NCBI RefSeq assembly: GCF_006345805.1
Contig: NW_021834899.1
Span: 1 to 43,025, forward strand
Direction of reading: 5' to 3'
DNA length: 43,025 nt
From: Octopus sinensis
Taxonomy: Eukaryota
Shown here: one piece after another, positions 1 to 11,254 of the stretch
How the letters are laid out: each line of letters starts with the position of its first letter
Numbering within the stretch: the stretch's first letter is position 1
Position numbers and translations under genes: made by a program
The notes under the pieces: model-generated
The model's database searches: none
Seen by the model: the letters and a program-made list of their open reading frames with translations, nothing else
Told to the model about the DNA's origin: nothing

Positions 1-309
1 AATACAATTTACTATCATATTTAAACTTATGTCTGAAAAAATCAGGTCGATTGGATCTACACACGTGGGGATCTCGGGGGTGTTTTGTCGGGAAATAAAG
101 ACTCATTTTTAGTCAGAAATATGTAAAGTTCAGATCCCGCTTGCAACCAAAAACGCTCAAAAAGCTTTTCAAATTTAACCTCCCCCTATGTAGTCAAAAA
201 AAGTCGAAATTTATTCTGGGATTTTGGCCATTTTTTCAAATTTTATATTATTTTTGGACGCTGAATTCAAAAATGTTATCAGATATGAGATTACACGGAA
301 GAGGAGGGA

Positions 310-531
310 AACCATGGCTTCATACGGTTAATCGTCTCCTGAACTTTCCACGTGGCTTCTTTGTAATCTTGATGTTTTGCTGCAATAATTAGATTGTCAG
401 CGTATGATAAAAGGATTGTATCTTCGTCGTTTGGATTTGGGAGATCTCTTGTAAATAAATTGAACAGGATTGGTTATAAGGAGAATCCTTGTGGGACCCC
501 GTTTGGGAGGCATCGTTGTTTTGATTTTCGG
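310..531 (-). mobile_element. Non-LTR retrotransposon RT fragment (second copy at ~18151-18385)
   Basis: Minus strand reads RCLPNGVPQGFSL*PILFNLF...LLSYADNLII, matching the GVPQG and YADD RT motifs. Confidence 0.8.
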
Positions 532-752
532 CTAACACCGTGCAAGCACTGTTAAATGCTTTAACAGTAATAAAATAATGGTATATTTTTTAAAGTATTT
601 AAATTTGTTAATAAGATCGGGTTATGTCGGATGTAGATGATGATACACAGACGAACAATCAACTGAATTTTCACATTAAACAAAAACAGGATTTCATAAA
701 TATTTCAAATTCTGAATATAAAATGTAATAATATTTTAATATTAATTTTGAC

Positions 753-1260
753 ATGCCGACGACCATTTGAGGTTTGAGTCACACTACAACTCCCTCAATG
801 AATCATCCTTCGACAGCAAAATAGAAATTGCTAAGAAAGAGTTGGCCGATCAGGAAGAACTGTATTCCACGTTGATATTGTCGATAGTATCCCTTCTTTT
901 CAACCGATGGACCAATTTAATAAATGAGAAAGGCACTGAGCACGAGGGAACAATGTCATGTTCTGACACAATCCAAGTATTTATTTATTGCTATTTCAAG
1001 ACTCTTCTCGGTCTTTTCAGAATATTTTCCTGCGTTTCTCTGAACAACTTCGACGTCCCTCCCTCGCCCTGGGTTGCCTAGTTGTTGGTGGATTTGGGTG
1101 TGTGCAGAATCGATCAGCCTAATCCAGAACTGCCGATTTTTAATCTTTACTTTCTACTTTGAGGACTTCGAAACCTGTATTTGCTGGTAATACTAATATT
1201 CAGAGACCGACATGACTGTTGAAAATCCTACCATAATGATTCCATGAGAATCTTTTCCGT
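753..1260 (+). pseudogene. Disrupted multi-exon host gene of unknown function (second copy ~18620-19130)
   Basis: Coding-like stretch with candidate GT-AG introns at 977-1000 (24 nt) and 1177-1203 (27 nt). Copies A and B carry different stops, and B has lost the GT of the first intron. Confidence 0.4.
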
Positions 1261-1640
1261 GTTGACGGATACTTTGGATTTTATTGATTATATCTTAACT
1301 GAATGATTAAATATTTTATCTTTCAGTTCATGGTTGTGGCAATTTCACTTTTATAAATTAATTCTATAAACTGACTTACATATAGGGTGATTCGAAAATA
1401 ATGAATTTACACGACTTTCTGGAATATAAGAAACTTTGTTATGTGCAGTATAGAAAGGCTCTCCTGAATCATGTCCGCAACAAACTGAAACAAGTGCGGG
1501 AGTACGACTGGACGTACAGAGTAATGGATAAAATTGATTGAGGAGAGCGTTACTGCCATCAACAGTTATTTCCAATTTTGTTTGACTAGAGGGAATGCCA
1601 GACATGAATTGCAAGACATTATTGTGGTAATTTATTGTTA

Positions 1641-1700
1641 CAGTCTAACCTTCGTTTGGAACATTAATTGTTCCAAAACAAAGGTTGTTCCAAAAATCGT
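1641..1700. mobile_element. pogo/Tc1-mariner-like terminal inverted repeat (copy at 19506)
   Basis: TA|CAGTCTAACC start with internal ttggaaca/tgttccaa repeats, typical of pogo-type ends. Confidence 0.5.
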
Positions 1701-2149
1701 ATAAAAATTTACCGGTCTGCTTACCTTCTGTGTTTGTTTGGTTATTTTTACTCATTATTACAATAAACTTAATTGATTGATTGAACTTGCAAAAGCTTTA
1801 TCCAGTTTTCAATTTCATCAAAGATGATGTTTTTTATCATCTTCATTGTCGATTTTTTTTCTCTCACTTCTTATGAACTTTTCAATCTTCTGTTTCTAAG
1901 TATTTTCTTTTGGTTGATTGTGATAGAGAGCGGGTGGATATGATAGGTGTTTCTTCATCCACGTTTATTTCATTCAATTGCTTGGTAATAAAACTGGTTT
2001 CTTGCTCACATTCGCTCATCATTTCTTCATCTATTAATATATCTGGTAGAAATTTGGGCTCTTTTCCTCCTCCTCAGATAACTCATATGTATCATCCTCT
2101 CTCTTGACCTCAGAAAAGAGGCTTTTCACCTACATTGAGGTAATAAAGG

Positions 2150-2846
2150 AGTAATGCGCCAGCAAACAGCTCTCGTTAGCAATGGATAAATCCGCTTTCC
2201 TACAAATCAACTCGAAAAAGTCATCAGATCAGAGCTCTGGGCCCCTAACTGAAATTGTGCGCCCCAGCTGCATACGCTACCTGGGGCTTACAATCGACGC
2301 TAACTCGGGCTACCGTCTGCATGTCAAGAAAAAGAGAGCAAAAGCCATTGCGGCTTTCCGCCTCTTAAGAAGCATGCATCTGGATCCTAAGACATTCCTC
2401 TTCGTGTTCCATGCAACCATCCTACCCAGCTTGCTGTACGGAATGGAAGCATGGTACTACTCGAAAGATCTCGAGAAAATTTGCGGGAAATGCGAGAAAA
2501 TCCGACGCTACGCGTTGAAGCTAGCTTACAGGCTTGACCCGCGAGGCCCCGTCCCAAGCTGGGCGGAGACCAGATCCCCGGAGATACGACAGGTCATTGA
2601 GAAATCTATCCGATCTTTCCGGAAAAGAACTCAAGTGACCGACCTGTTTATCGATCGGAAACTCTCTGCACTCGTCAAAAATTAATGAATCTACTTTATT
2701 AATTCTGGCTTACGACAGATGAATTGGACGCAAGCTCAGAAGAGTTCAGTTGCCTTGGCATCAGTCTCGTCCTATCACCGTCCTCAATTCCTGTCACTTT
2801 CTCTTTCTCTGTTAATTACAATAAACTAAATTCATTCATTCATTCA
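2150..2846 (+). mobile_element. 3' end of a LINE (same family as 11255-13195)
   Basis: ORF 2182-2685 has the RT thumb motif IRYLGLTID and PSLLYGMEAW, followed by a 3' UTR with AATAAA and an (ATTC)n tail. MDKSA.L.INS is shared with the 11082 ORF. Confidence 0.85.
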
Positions 2847-2915
2847 CAATGTTGTTTAACTATATAAAACAAAAATAACTCGTCTGAATCGGTTCTGTCT
2901 GAAATAAAAAAAAAC

Positions 2916-3012
2916 ATGGCCAGAACTGAACAAACTGCTCGAAAATCTACTGGAGCGAAAGTTTCAAGGAAACAATCTTCTCGAATCTGCAAAATCTGCT
3001 CGCAAGTCTGTT
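2916..3012 (+). pseudogene. H3: Histone H3 N-terminal fragment
   Basis: MARTEQTARKSTGAKVSRKQ, then a frameshift to KSARKSV. A TATATAAA lies ~55 bp upstream. No histone fold follows. Confidence 0.85.
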
Positions 3013-3575
3013 TCACAATTTGCCATCATTGAGATATCCCCTCTGGTATTTACACTGTTTATAAGCTACTAGGTAGAATTGTGTTTTAATTAAAATTATC
3101 TTAATTTTTAGTTACCCAATTATTAATAGAAAACATAATAAATTGTGGCACGTGTGAGCACTCTTTTGACATACCTTGTTGTTCTGTTACATTATTTGGT
3201 CAATCATTATTTTTTTATTTAATTGGATTAGAAGGAATATTTTGCGATGTAGTTTCTTTTAATTAATAAATTATCTGAAATTTCATCATTTTTAATATTT
3301 GCGAGTTTATTCTTTCAATCTGTTTATATCGTTTATTTGAAATCTTCTCATTTATCTTTATTCATTGAATTTTACCTTATTTTTTGATAGAAAGTTCTAT
3401 TCTTTATATTCTTATGGCAAACTTTTATTTATTTGTTCCCGGATTTGGCGATCTTGTATTGTAGCGCCCTAAAATCTAAAATGATCAATTTCTACCAAAT
3501 TTTAATCATTATTGTTATATTTTTTTTCTAGACTTTTTTTGTAAACTGAACACGAATTTAATTATTGTTATATTA

Positions 3576-4690
3576 TGTCACGGTCCACGAGTGTGCCTAT
3601 GCCGTAGGTGTGCCTCCATCGCAATTTTTTTCCGTTTTTTTGTAAATCGGTGCATCTATTATCGATTAGTCCTAAATCATTATTTATTTAGTTTTTTGTT
3701 ACTTATTGGAAATATTCCAATGTCGGTGATTACAGCAACAATAAAAATACTGAAAGTATCACAATTTAAATATTTATATATTTCCTGATTTTATAAAATA
3801 TGTTTTTAATAACTAATATATATAAAAAAATTGAGTAAAAAATTTTTTAATTAAAAAAAATCTATATGGATGGATTGACCCTAACTCTAACCCTAAGGGT
3901 GCATTAACTCTAAAACCTAATCATTTAAAATTACAAAAGAATGTTTTTATAATTTTTTTAATTGTGAAAAATGTTTTTTTACCAAAATCCCCTCATCATT
4001 CTCAACTTCATAGTTGTCGCCATTCTGTTTCACAACTTTATATATAGTCGTATCCACCTGGTCGTAAAGCGGCATCGTTCGATGTGCCGGATTTGTGTTA
4101 AAATCTCCTCTTATGAGGACAGAATCACCACTTCCTATACACGTTTCATCATCCTTCCATCTCCTTCTTTTTTGCATTTTTTCCCCTGCCCTGATTGTGT
4201 TCCTCAATGCACCATGACATGCCTATCAACATGCATTAAAATAAATTACCTGAACTACTTCCACCTTGGGTTCAAACGCAATGAGATTATTTAAATCATC
4301 GCAATTAATTTTTGGAGGATACTGGCAGCCAGTAAAAAGTAAGAATGGAGTTTTTTGTGTTGTCTCGTGGACGGTCGTATTGTATCTGAATACGATCCTT
4401 CCAAGAAATGGCATATAACTCCCAAATGTTCCTTCTGACACACTTGTTGAAGACAACCATCTTTTAATCGACTGATTAAATCTATTGAATGAATACTAAA
4501 ATTATACCTTTCAACTTGTCCCTGAACCCATGGTCCACGAGGACGCCCAAAAACATGTTTGGTCCCAAACTCCTCACAAAACTTAACCATTTTTGAGTTT
4601 TTAAACTCTTTTCCATTATCTGTATGCAGTATGAGGGGAGGACCATTCGTATAAAAGATTTTCCTGATAAGATTTACAATTAGAGAACGA
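3576..4690 (-). mobile_element. Ginger-like (Gypsy-integrase-type) DNA transposon, 3' half
   Basis: GPPLILHTDNGKEFKN...GRPRGPWVQGQVER|26-nt intron 4482-4507|FNQSIKRWL and YNTTVHETT.KTPF. TGT terminus at 3576, preceded by TATTA. Confidence 0.8.
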
Positions 4691-4712
4691 AAATAATTAT
4701 CGCAATCTAAAG

Positions 4713-5570
4713 CTACTGATGATCGAGAAGACGTTGCCCCTCAGGTTGGGAGCAAGGGGAGGACTGGAAAATGTTGTTCAGAATTGCTTCGTCAAATTTA
4801 AGAAAGCGCATGTACACATTTAAGGAATCTGGTTTGGATAAGAAACCTTGAACGAGAGTTGCAAGCTGACTTCGCGAACCGGCCTGAAAAGTCTCAGAAC
4901 TGAAAGGAAGAAGCGCATCATGTGAACGAGCGATCGAGTTATCAAATAAAACGTTCTCCGTAAGCCGTTGTAGGTCTCGGTAGCGCTCAATGGTTCTATC
5001 ATTCCTTTGAATTGAATGTAGATCTGACGCTAAGTACATCTTGAGGTAAATGCTTCCGAAGTTTGGTAGAAGATTCGCCGTAGATGGGTCCCAGAAATAG
5101 TTTCTGTGAGCCGACTGCGAACGGTCAATTAGGGGGAGGAAAAGACGGAGGCGGAGATCCTGCTTCTGAATTGAAAAATCGCCGATGGCGTTCTTCCATT
5201 CCAATAAGTAATCAGGAAAAGGAAGATCTCGGATATTGAGACCTCGATAACTATCAAGTACTTGCTGGATTTCCGGGTCGAATGCATGGCTTTGGTAGGC
5301 TTCCAGAATCAGGTACATCACACAGTGTGCTATGTAAAGCTGGCATCCCGCGAGGGTACAATCAGATAGACGCTGCTGTGGAACAATGCTCATCACTACG
5401 GAATAAATTCGAGAAATGAGTGGTCCGAAAAAGAATGTATCTGGAGTATAGTCTATCCATGTTATGGTCGACGTCGGTGAACAAAAAGATTTTGAATCGG
5501 CCAACAATATGAAAGGGGTGAGATTTACTTCGTAACTCTTTCGTTGTGCCTTGATCATATCGCCTTTCAT
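4713..5570 (-). CDS. 285-aa intronless ORF, probable endogenous viral element resembling a partiti-like dsRNA virus capsid
   Basis: Intronless and GC-richer than its flanks. The motif order YTPD...LYIAHCVMYLILEA...DLPFPDYLLEWKNAIG...LLPNFGSI recalls partitivirus coat proteins (YxPD...LYFAILF..Q.LRA...LPIPGPL..FF.AL...LPN.P). Recalled similarity only. Confidence 0.45.
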   Translation of the reverse strand: MKGDMIKAQRKSYEVNLTPFILLADSKSFCSPTSTITWIDYTPDTFFFGPLISRIYSVVMSIVPQQRLSDCTLAGCQLYIAHCVMYLILEAYQSHAFDPEIQQVLDSYRGLNIRDLPFPDYLLEWKNAIGDFSIQKQDLRLRLFLPLIDRSQSAHRNYFWDPSTANLLPNFGSIYLKMYLASDLHSIQRNDRTIERYRDLQRLTENVLFDNSIARSHDALLPFSSETFQAGSRSQLATLVQGFLSKPDSLNVYMRFLKFDEAILNNIFQSSPCSQPEGQRLLDHQ

Positions 5571-6751
5571 CTCGTTTCCCTCCTGATGGAGGTCACGTTC
5601 AAAAAGCCATTAACCATAGCCTGAGGATTAGGCGTGATTGACCTAGAGAACATGAATTTAGGGTGCTTTATCATTGCCGCTATTGCACTCGTACACATAA
5701 AGTATCCAGGCAGCGACATAGAGCTAAAAGCAGAGGCTTTAACAAGGCCTAATCCCTTCTAATAAATGCATAAGTGATCCGGATTTAGGACTTCAAAACA
5801 ATGCCCTATGAACCTACTCACTTCATTTACATGAGCAGATGCAAATAGAGATTCTACCATTACAGCTCTTTCCAGCTCCCTTGGGAACGCTGCACATAGT
5901 GATACTACACGTGACAATACTGCATTCCCTGCATTGTAGAAAGGGATAGTACAGAATCGTAGTGCAGACATCGGATCTTCAGGACATGTGTACAACATTT
6001 TGTCCAAGAGACAGCAAAGCTTATCTAATCCTCTGTCTGGTAGATACTTTTGGTACATTTTCAAGACCAAAGACCTCTCAGGCTGGTATGCTGGGTCCAA
6101 ATTGCGCATCACGGTGTGGTATCTGTCCATGAGAGGATCTACTGCATCCGGGTTTCTTTCGGCTGCATGAGCAAATCTTACAGGCGAGAGCGCTTTCATT
6201 AAGGCAACTCTCCACTCTTCAAGTGTTGCTCTTCCTCCTTCTGCACCAGACTCCCCAAAATTCATGGCCATCTTTGCTGTTCTGACTTTGAAACCTTTTT
6301 CAACTAAGGAATATTCTGTGATATCCTGATACTCTTCAGTGATTTCAATGTCTCCAAAATTCGCGGGAGCATCAAATGTATAGTTTATTAAGAAGATAGC
6401 TAGACTGGATGTCACTAAATCCTGGTTAAAGTCAGTCATTCGACTCAAAGTATTTATTATCGCTCGATCGTTCTTCGTATATTTGTATTTTAGCTCTATC
6501 ATAAATGGTCTATATTCGCGAGCGAAGGTGCCAACCTCCATCTTAACATTCATGTTAAGAAGGATCGGCCCTCCACTCATGTACACTTTCTGATAACTAG
6601 GGTTATCCCAGTCTTTGGGTTGTAAAAATTCCCCGAGAGGAATTGTGCGAGGTTTTATTTCATCTTCTTCTTCCAGACCGTGTACCTTTTCTATCTGTTG
6701 ATATTCACTTTCTCCAATTGAATCTTTTACAAAATCTGCGAAGTTTCTCAT
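5567..6751 (-). pseudogene. Endogenous rhabdovirus-like (Mononegavirales) nucleoprotein gene with one internal TAG (5759-5761), C-terminally truncated
   Basis: LMD...YQP...YLPDRGLDKLCCLLDKMLY...SALRFCTI aligns without gaps to vesiculovirus N as recalled (LMD...FEP...WGNDSNYTKIVAAVDMFF...ASFRYGTI). Past the stop the frame continues KGLGLVKASAFSSMSLP, matching the N motif FGLSSKSPYSSVKNP. Confidence 0.8.
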
Positions 6752-6756
6752 ATATG

Positions 6757-7118
6757 ATGACTAGGGCAACCGGAAAGTTGCTCATAATAATGTAAAAAAT
6801 TGACCTTAAAAGTCAACTAAATTGCTTTAAAAAATAAAAAAAGTTGACATAATATGCTTAAAAAGTTGCCCTAAGAAACAGAAATTTATTTATTAAAGCA
6901 CATTAAATAATATTTAACATTTTCAGGTAGGAAATTTCTATCTTTGGTTAAAATTTTGTGAAGAATAGAAAATGATCTTTCTACTTCACACGATGTTGCC
7001 GGACAATCCAATAATAATGCGTGGTGAAATGGAGTAATTGGTAGCTTAGATAACTCCATTATTTTGAAAATGTCGTTTCTTGAAATTCGTAAGCTTATCT
7101 CCGAAGTGACCACCACTC
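6757..7118 (-). mobile_element. hAT-like transposon 3' end (dimerisation-domain fragment plus terminus)
   Basis: CPATSCEVERSFSILHKILT.DRNF hATC motif. The terminal sequence atgactagggcaacc recurs inverted at 33135-33149. Confidence 0.7.
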
Positions 7119-7119
7119 A

Positions 7120-9145
7120 ATGATAATGAGAATGAACTGTTCTCCACATCCCATACTGAAACCAACTTATTTCTATGATTACGAAAACGCAGATTGGAAT
7201 GCTTTCGCAAAGTACGTCGATTCAAGGCTCCAGAACTTCCACCCTGAGAATTTTTCTTCCTTGGACAGAGCAGTGGAAAGCTTCAACAAAACTATCATAG
7301 ATGCAAGGAATTTGATTATCAGAAGAGCATGTATAAGAAGTGGGAGCTCAAAATATGATTCAAGAACAAAAAAACTAATCAGAGAAAGAATCAGCCTCAA
7401 GAAAAGAAAGTATCGACCCAAAGGAATCATCGATCGAATCAGGGCTCTAAACATGCTTATTACGAATAATACCAACCAAGTCCAAAGGAAGAAGCTCAGC
7501 CGAATCTCTAGAGCTATGAATAAACAAGCCTCTATTTCGACCATGTGGACGATGTTGAGACGCTTGAAGAATCCTGACGAGCGTAAAACAGAAACATACC
7601 AGCTCAATCTAAACAATTTTATGAAACACTGTGTCAAGATTAGTCATATTCCTTATAAAAAAATGAACTCACAGCCAAGATTAAAATCAAAGCCATCCAA
7701 AGGGCCCCCGACGACTTATTTTCTTCCTGAAGAGGTGTCTGAAACAATCTCGAATCAGAAGAAAACAAACTCATGTGGACCGGATGGAATTCCACTTAAT
7801 CTACTAAAACACTTGGGCCCTGTTTCAATAAATGCTTTAACCACGATCTATAACACGTCATTAATCACGAACGCTATACCGAACTTATAGAAACTATCAA
7901 AAATCCGGCCAATATTAAAACCTGGAAGACCGAAGAACGACCCCGGCTCCTATAGACCAGTATCCCTTATATGTGTGTTGTCAAGAATCTTGGAAAAACT
8001 GGTCCTAAAACATATTCGACCTTTCCTCCCACAATCTACATTCCAACATGGATTCAAGGAAGGATTGTCAACGACCTCCTTCCTTACCACACTAACAGAT
8101 TTCATAAATGAAGGACACAAAAATGCAGGAAAAATCGATTGTATGCACTATCGACATTGAAAAAGCGTTTGACTCCGTCCCGAGGAAGATCCTAATTCAA
8201 AAGATATTTGGTACAAATATTTCTACACCTATGAAGCTATGGATTGCGAATTTTTTGAGCGTACGTCGTGGGAAAGTGTGCGTCGGGAACGAGAGTTCAA
8301 GATCACGCTTATTGCCCAATGGTGTACCCCAGGGTTCCTTTTTATCCCCGACCCTCTTAAACTTGTTTCTGAATGATCTCCCGGCTCATATGGATAATAA
8401 TGACATACTACTCTCCTATGCCGATGACATAGTTGTCGCATCTAGGGATGTAAATGTCGAATACGCGAAGGAAAGACTACAAAGAATACTGGACTACTTA
8501 TATATAGATGGCTATATGAAAACAGACTACATGAATGTTCCGAAAAGTCAGCAGTCACTCTATTCAAGAAAAATAGGAAGATGGGGACGAAAACTATTGA
8601 TGTCACGTTGAACGGAATTCCAATACCACAAAAGAAAACACAGAAGATATTGGGAGTAACGCTTGATACTTTCCTCTGTTTTTCACCTCACGTAGAATCG
8701 ATCGTATCAACCTGTATAAAGAAGATCAATTTTGTAAAAGCCTTCCTATGGAACTGTGGGAGAACTTATCCGCCAGGGGTAGAGACCCTTTACAATCAGT
8801 ATATCGAGCCAACAATAGGCTATGCATGTGCTGCTTGGGGCAGTAACCTGGCGGCAACGAACCGGCTAAAAATCGAAAAAATTCAAGAAAGATCTATCAA
8901 CCTACTGAAGGACCACACCGATAGGGAAATTGTCCATAGAACACTGGAGTCTCTTGTAGAGGCAAATGGGGGGGATCGTGGAAATGGACCACAAACCATT
9001 CACCGTACATACAGAAAGTGTGTGGGGTCACGGTCGGAACATCGTGAAAAGATGGCTCGACTGTTGAGAAGTGTCGGAATCACCTGAACGTGTTAGTTAA
9101 TTGGTTAAGACGGTGATTCTGTTTGGCTTAAATAATAATAATGTA
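7120..9145 (+). mobile_element. 5'-truncated LINE with degenerate RT
   Basis: SCGPDGI, YRPVSLICVLSRILEK, DIEKAFDSV, GVPQGSFLSP, YADD and KILGVTLD. It has a stop and frameshifts and ends in an (AAT)n tail. Confidence 0.92.
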
Positions 9146-9149
9146 ACTA

Positions 9150-9470
9150 TCAAAATATATCAAATAATCATATAACTCTCTTAGGAGATACAGAAAACAT
9201 GATACAAAGAAAATCACTTGCAACTTTCGCGCTCAAAAGATTAAACAACATATGGTTGAGAGGCAAACAAATTTCTGCGTTTTTAAAAATCAAACTTTAC
9301 ATTATGTTCCTAAAACCAGTCCTACTGTACAACTCCTCCTCTTGGGCACTCACATTGCAGGAAATGGAAAATCTCAAAATGCTGAAAGTGCAGGAAATGG
9401 AAAATCCTTCCACAGAATGCAGCTGAAATACATCCTAGGAATCTTTTGGCCAAAACGGATTTCAAAAGAT
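9150..9470 (+). mobile_element. RTE-like LINE C-terminal fragment (copy ~28140-28435)
   Basis: LKIKLY...KPVLLYNSSSWALT...SFHRMQLKYILGIFWP. Confidence 0.75.
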
Positions 9471-10139
9471 TAAACAACAAAACGGATTTCAACATCAATA
9501 TTCTTAGTAATATTGAAAACAATTGAATAACTTTGGACTTGGAAAAAATGCAGTTTTTTAGAAAAATTTGTGAAATTGTAGATGTGGTCTGGCAAATAGA
9601 CGGTGACGGATGTGATTGTTAGATTCGCAATATGTGATTCAACATTCACAAAAGTATACATTCGGTATTTTATTCTCTGGGTTAAAATCCAGTTACAGGC
9701 GAATCCTCTTTTTGTACGCAAAGTTATTATATAATTTAGTTTGGACGGTATATAAAATAAAGATTAAATTAAAGAAAAAAATCAACAGATTGTATTCAAC
9801 AATACTGTCTTTATATACAAACTAAATCAAAAAATGCACTAATCACTGTTAATAATGTTTATCAGCATTTATAGATGCCTTCAAATCGACTCCCTTCGTA
9901 TAAGAGAAGATTAAAAGAACCAATAAACATAACAATAATGAATAGACAAAAATAAACAGAAAATAAAAAAATTGTAAATAAGTTAGTAATAATAAGAATA
10001 CTGTGTACAAATTTAATTTTTATAAATACAAAATTTCATAGTGCATCACAAGAAAAACTAATAATAAGCGTGAAAATACACCGGTATAATTGATTGTTTA
10101 TGTATCAATTATTTTTTAATTCTAATTAATTATAAAGTA

Positions 10140-10612
10140 CAGTAAAACCTCTGGTGCTCGCCACCTCTGTTACTCGCCACCTCTATTGCTCGCCACATAT
10201 TTTTCAAAAAATTAAAATTTCTAGTAAATTTTGATAAATATTCTATTGCTCGCCATTTTCTAAATCTCGCCATTAATTTTTAAAAATATTTTTTTTGTTA
10301 AACTATTTTTTATATAAAATATTTCAACCACGCTAAATTTAACATGCGTAAGTGCACAAGATTGTCTTTTACTGAAAAACGTCGGATTATTGCGTACATG
10401 GAGGAGAACAAAAGTCTCACGATGGACCGTATAGCTTACTTTTTTTCTTCTGTTTTGAAGAAAAAAAATATCTCGAAGGGCTTGTGAACGATTTAAGACT
10501 TGGAAAAGAGAAAATAATGTCTACTGATCCTATTTTCTCCAATAAGAAGAGATTATCTAACTTAACTTATTCTGTTATTGACACCGAACTATTAACTTGG
10601 ATGGAATATGTC
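10140..10612 (+). mobile_element. pogo/Tigger-like transposon 5' end, truncated
   Basis: TA|CAGTAAAACCTC TIR with repeated ctcgccac units. ATG at 10344 gives MRKCTRLSFTEKRRII... and then YSVIDTELLTWM, a CENP-B-type HTH. Confidence 0.8.
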
Positions 10613-11254
10613 GCGAGCGCAGCGCGCGACCGAGCGCTAGACGCGACTTTGACACCTAACAAGCCTATCATCAACAAATATATTTATTAAATTATTTAAA
10701 ATTTTAACATGATTTAAAATTGAAATAACTTAAGTTTTCCATTGAATCCCATAAAATAATTTATAAGTAGACCTTAATAGAAAAAGTAAAATCAATGAAT
10801 ACTGAACGCTAATTTGGTTTAGGTTGTGAGGGGGGTAATAATTTGACAGATCTCATTGCTATTTTTTCGTTTTAATCTCTAAATTAGGTTTTCTAATCAA
10901 AAATGAACTGTGCAGACAGGCTTGCTCCTTCAGAAGATTTTTGTTTTGACATTTTTATAAATTATGAAGCATTTAGATTTTTTCTCATTATTCTAAAATA
11001 TCAATTATAAATTTTAAAATATTATTTTTATTTATGAAATCGGTTTTAAAGCTCATTCTGCTTTGGCATCGATTTTAATTTTTGTTATCGAATATATTTA
11101 ATCCCAAATACAAGCCTGGGTATTTACAAAATCTCAAGACACGTAACCTCAAGACTATCGAACGGAACCTATGCGAATTTATCTCGCTAGAGATTAAAAC
11201 CCAGCGCTTTTGGTTAAAAGTTGGCGGAATATATTGCAAAAACCTTGCTCCATG

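Larger units (their letters stand above)
1..10139 (+). repeat. Segmental duplication, copy A (left end runs off the window)
   Basis: Near-identical to 17842-29105 from base 1 (aatacaatttactatcata) to ...ataaagta. The match stops at a TA followed by a pogo-like TIR. Confidence 0.95.

Noticed and set aside
3879-3920. ccctaactctaaccctaa telomere-like repeats
   Set aside because: Only about three degenerate units, lying inside a Ginger 3' region. Not a telomere.
4713-5570. ORF2 as the rhabdoviral P gene following N
   Set aside because: N appears truncated at the junction, there is no intergenic stop/start signal with an A7 run, and the protein lacks the acidic, disordered character of P. Not fully excluded without a search.
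5759-7890. TAG reassignment, suggested by in-frame TAGs in the N gene and the LINE
   Set aside because: PSMC3 ends in TAG, and both cases are explained by single substitutions in decaying sequence.
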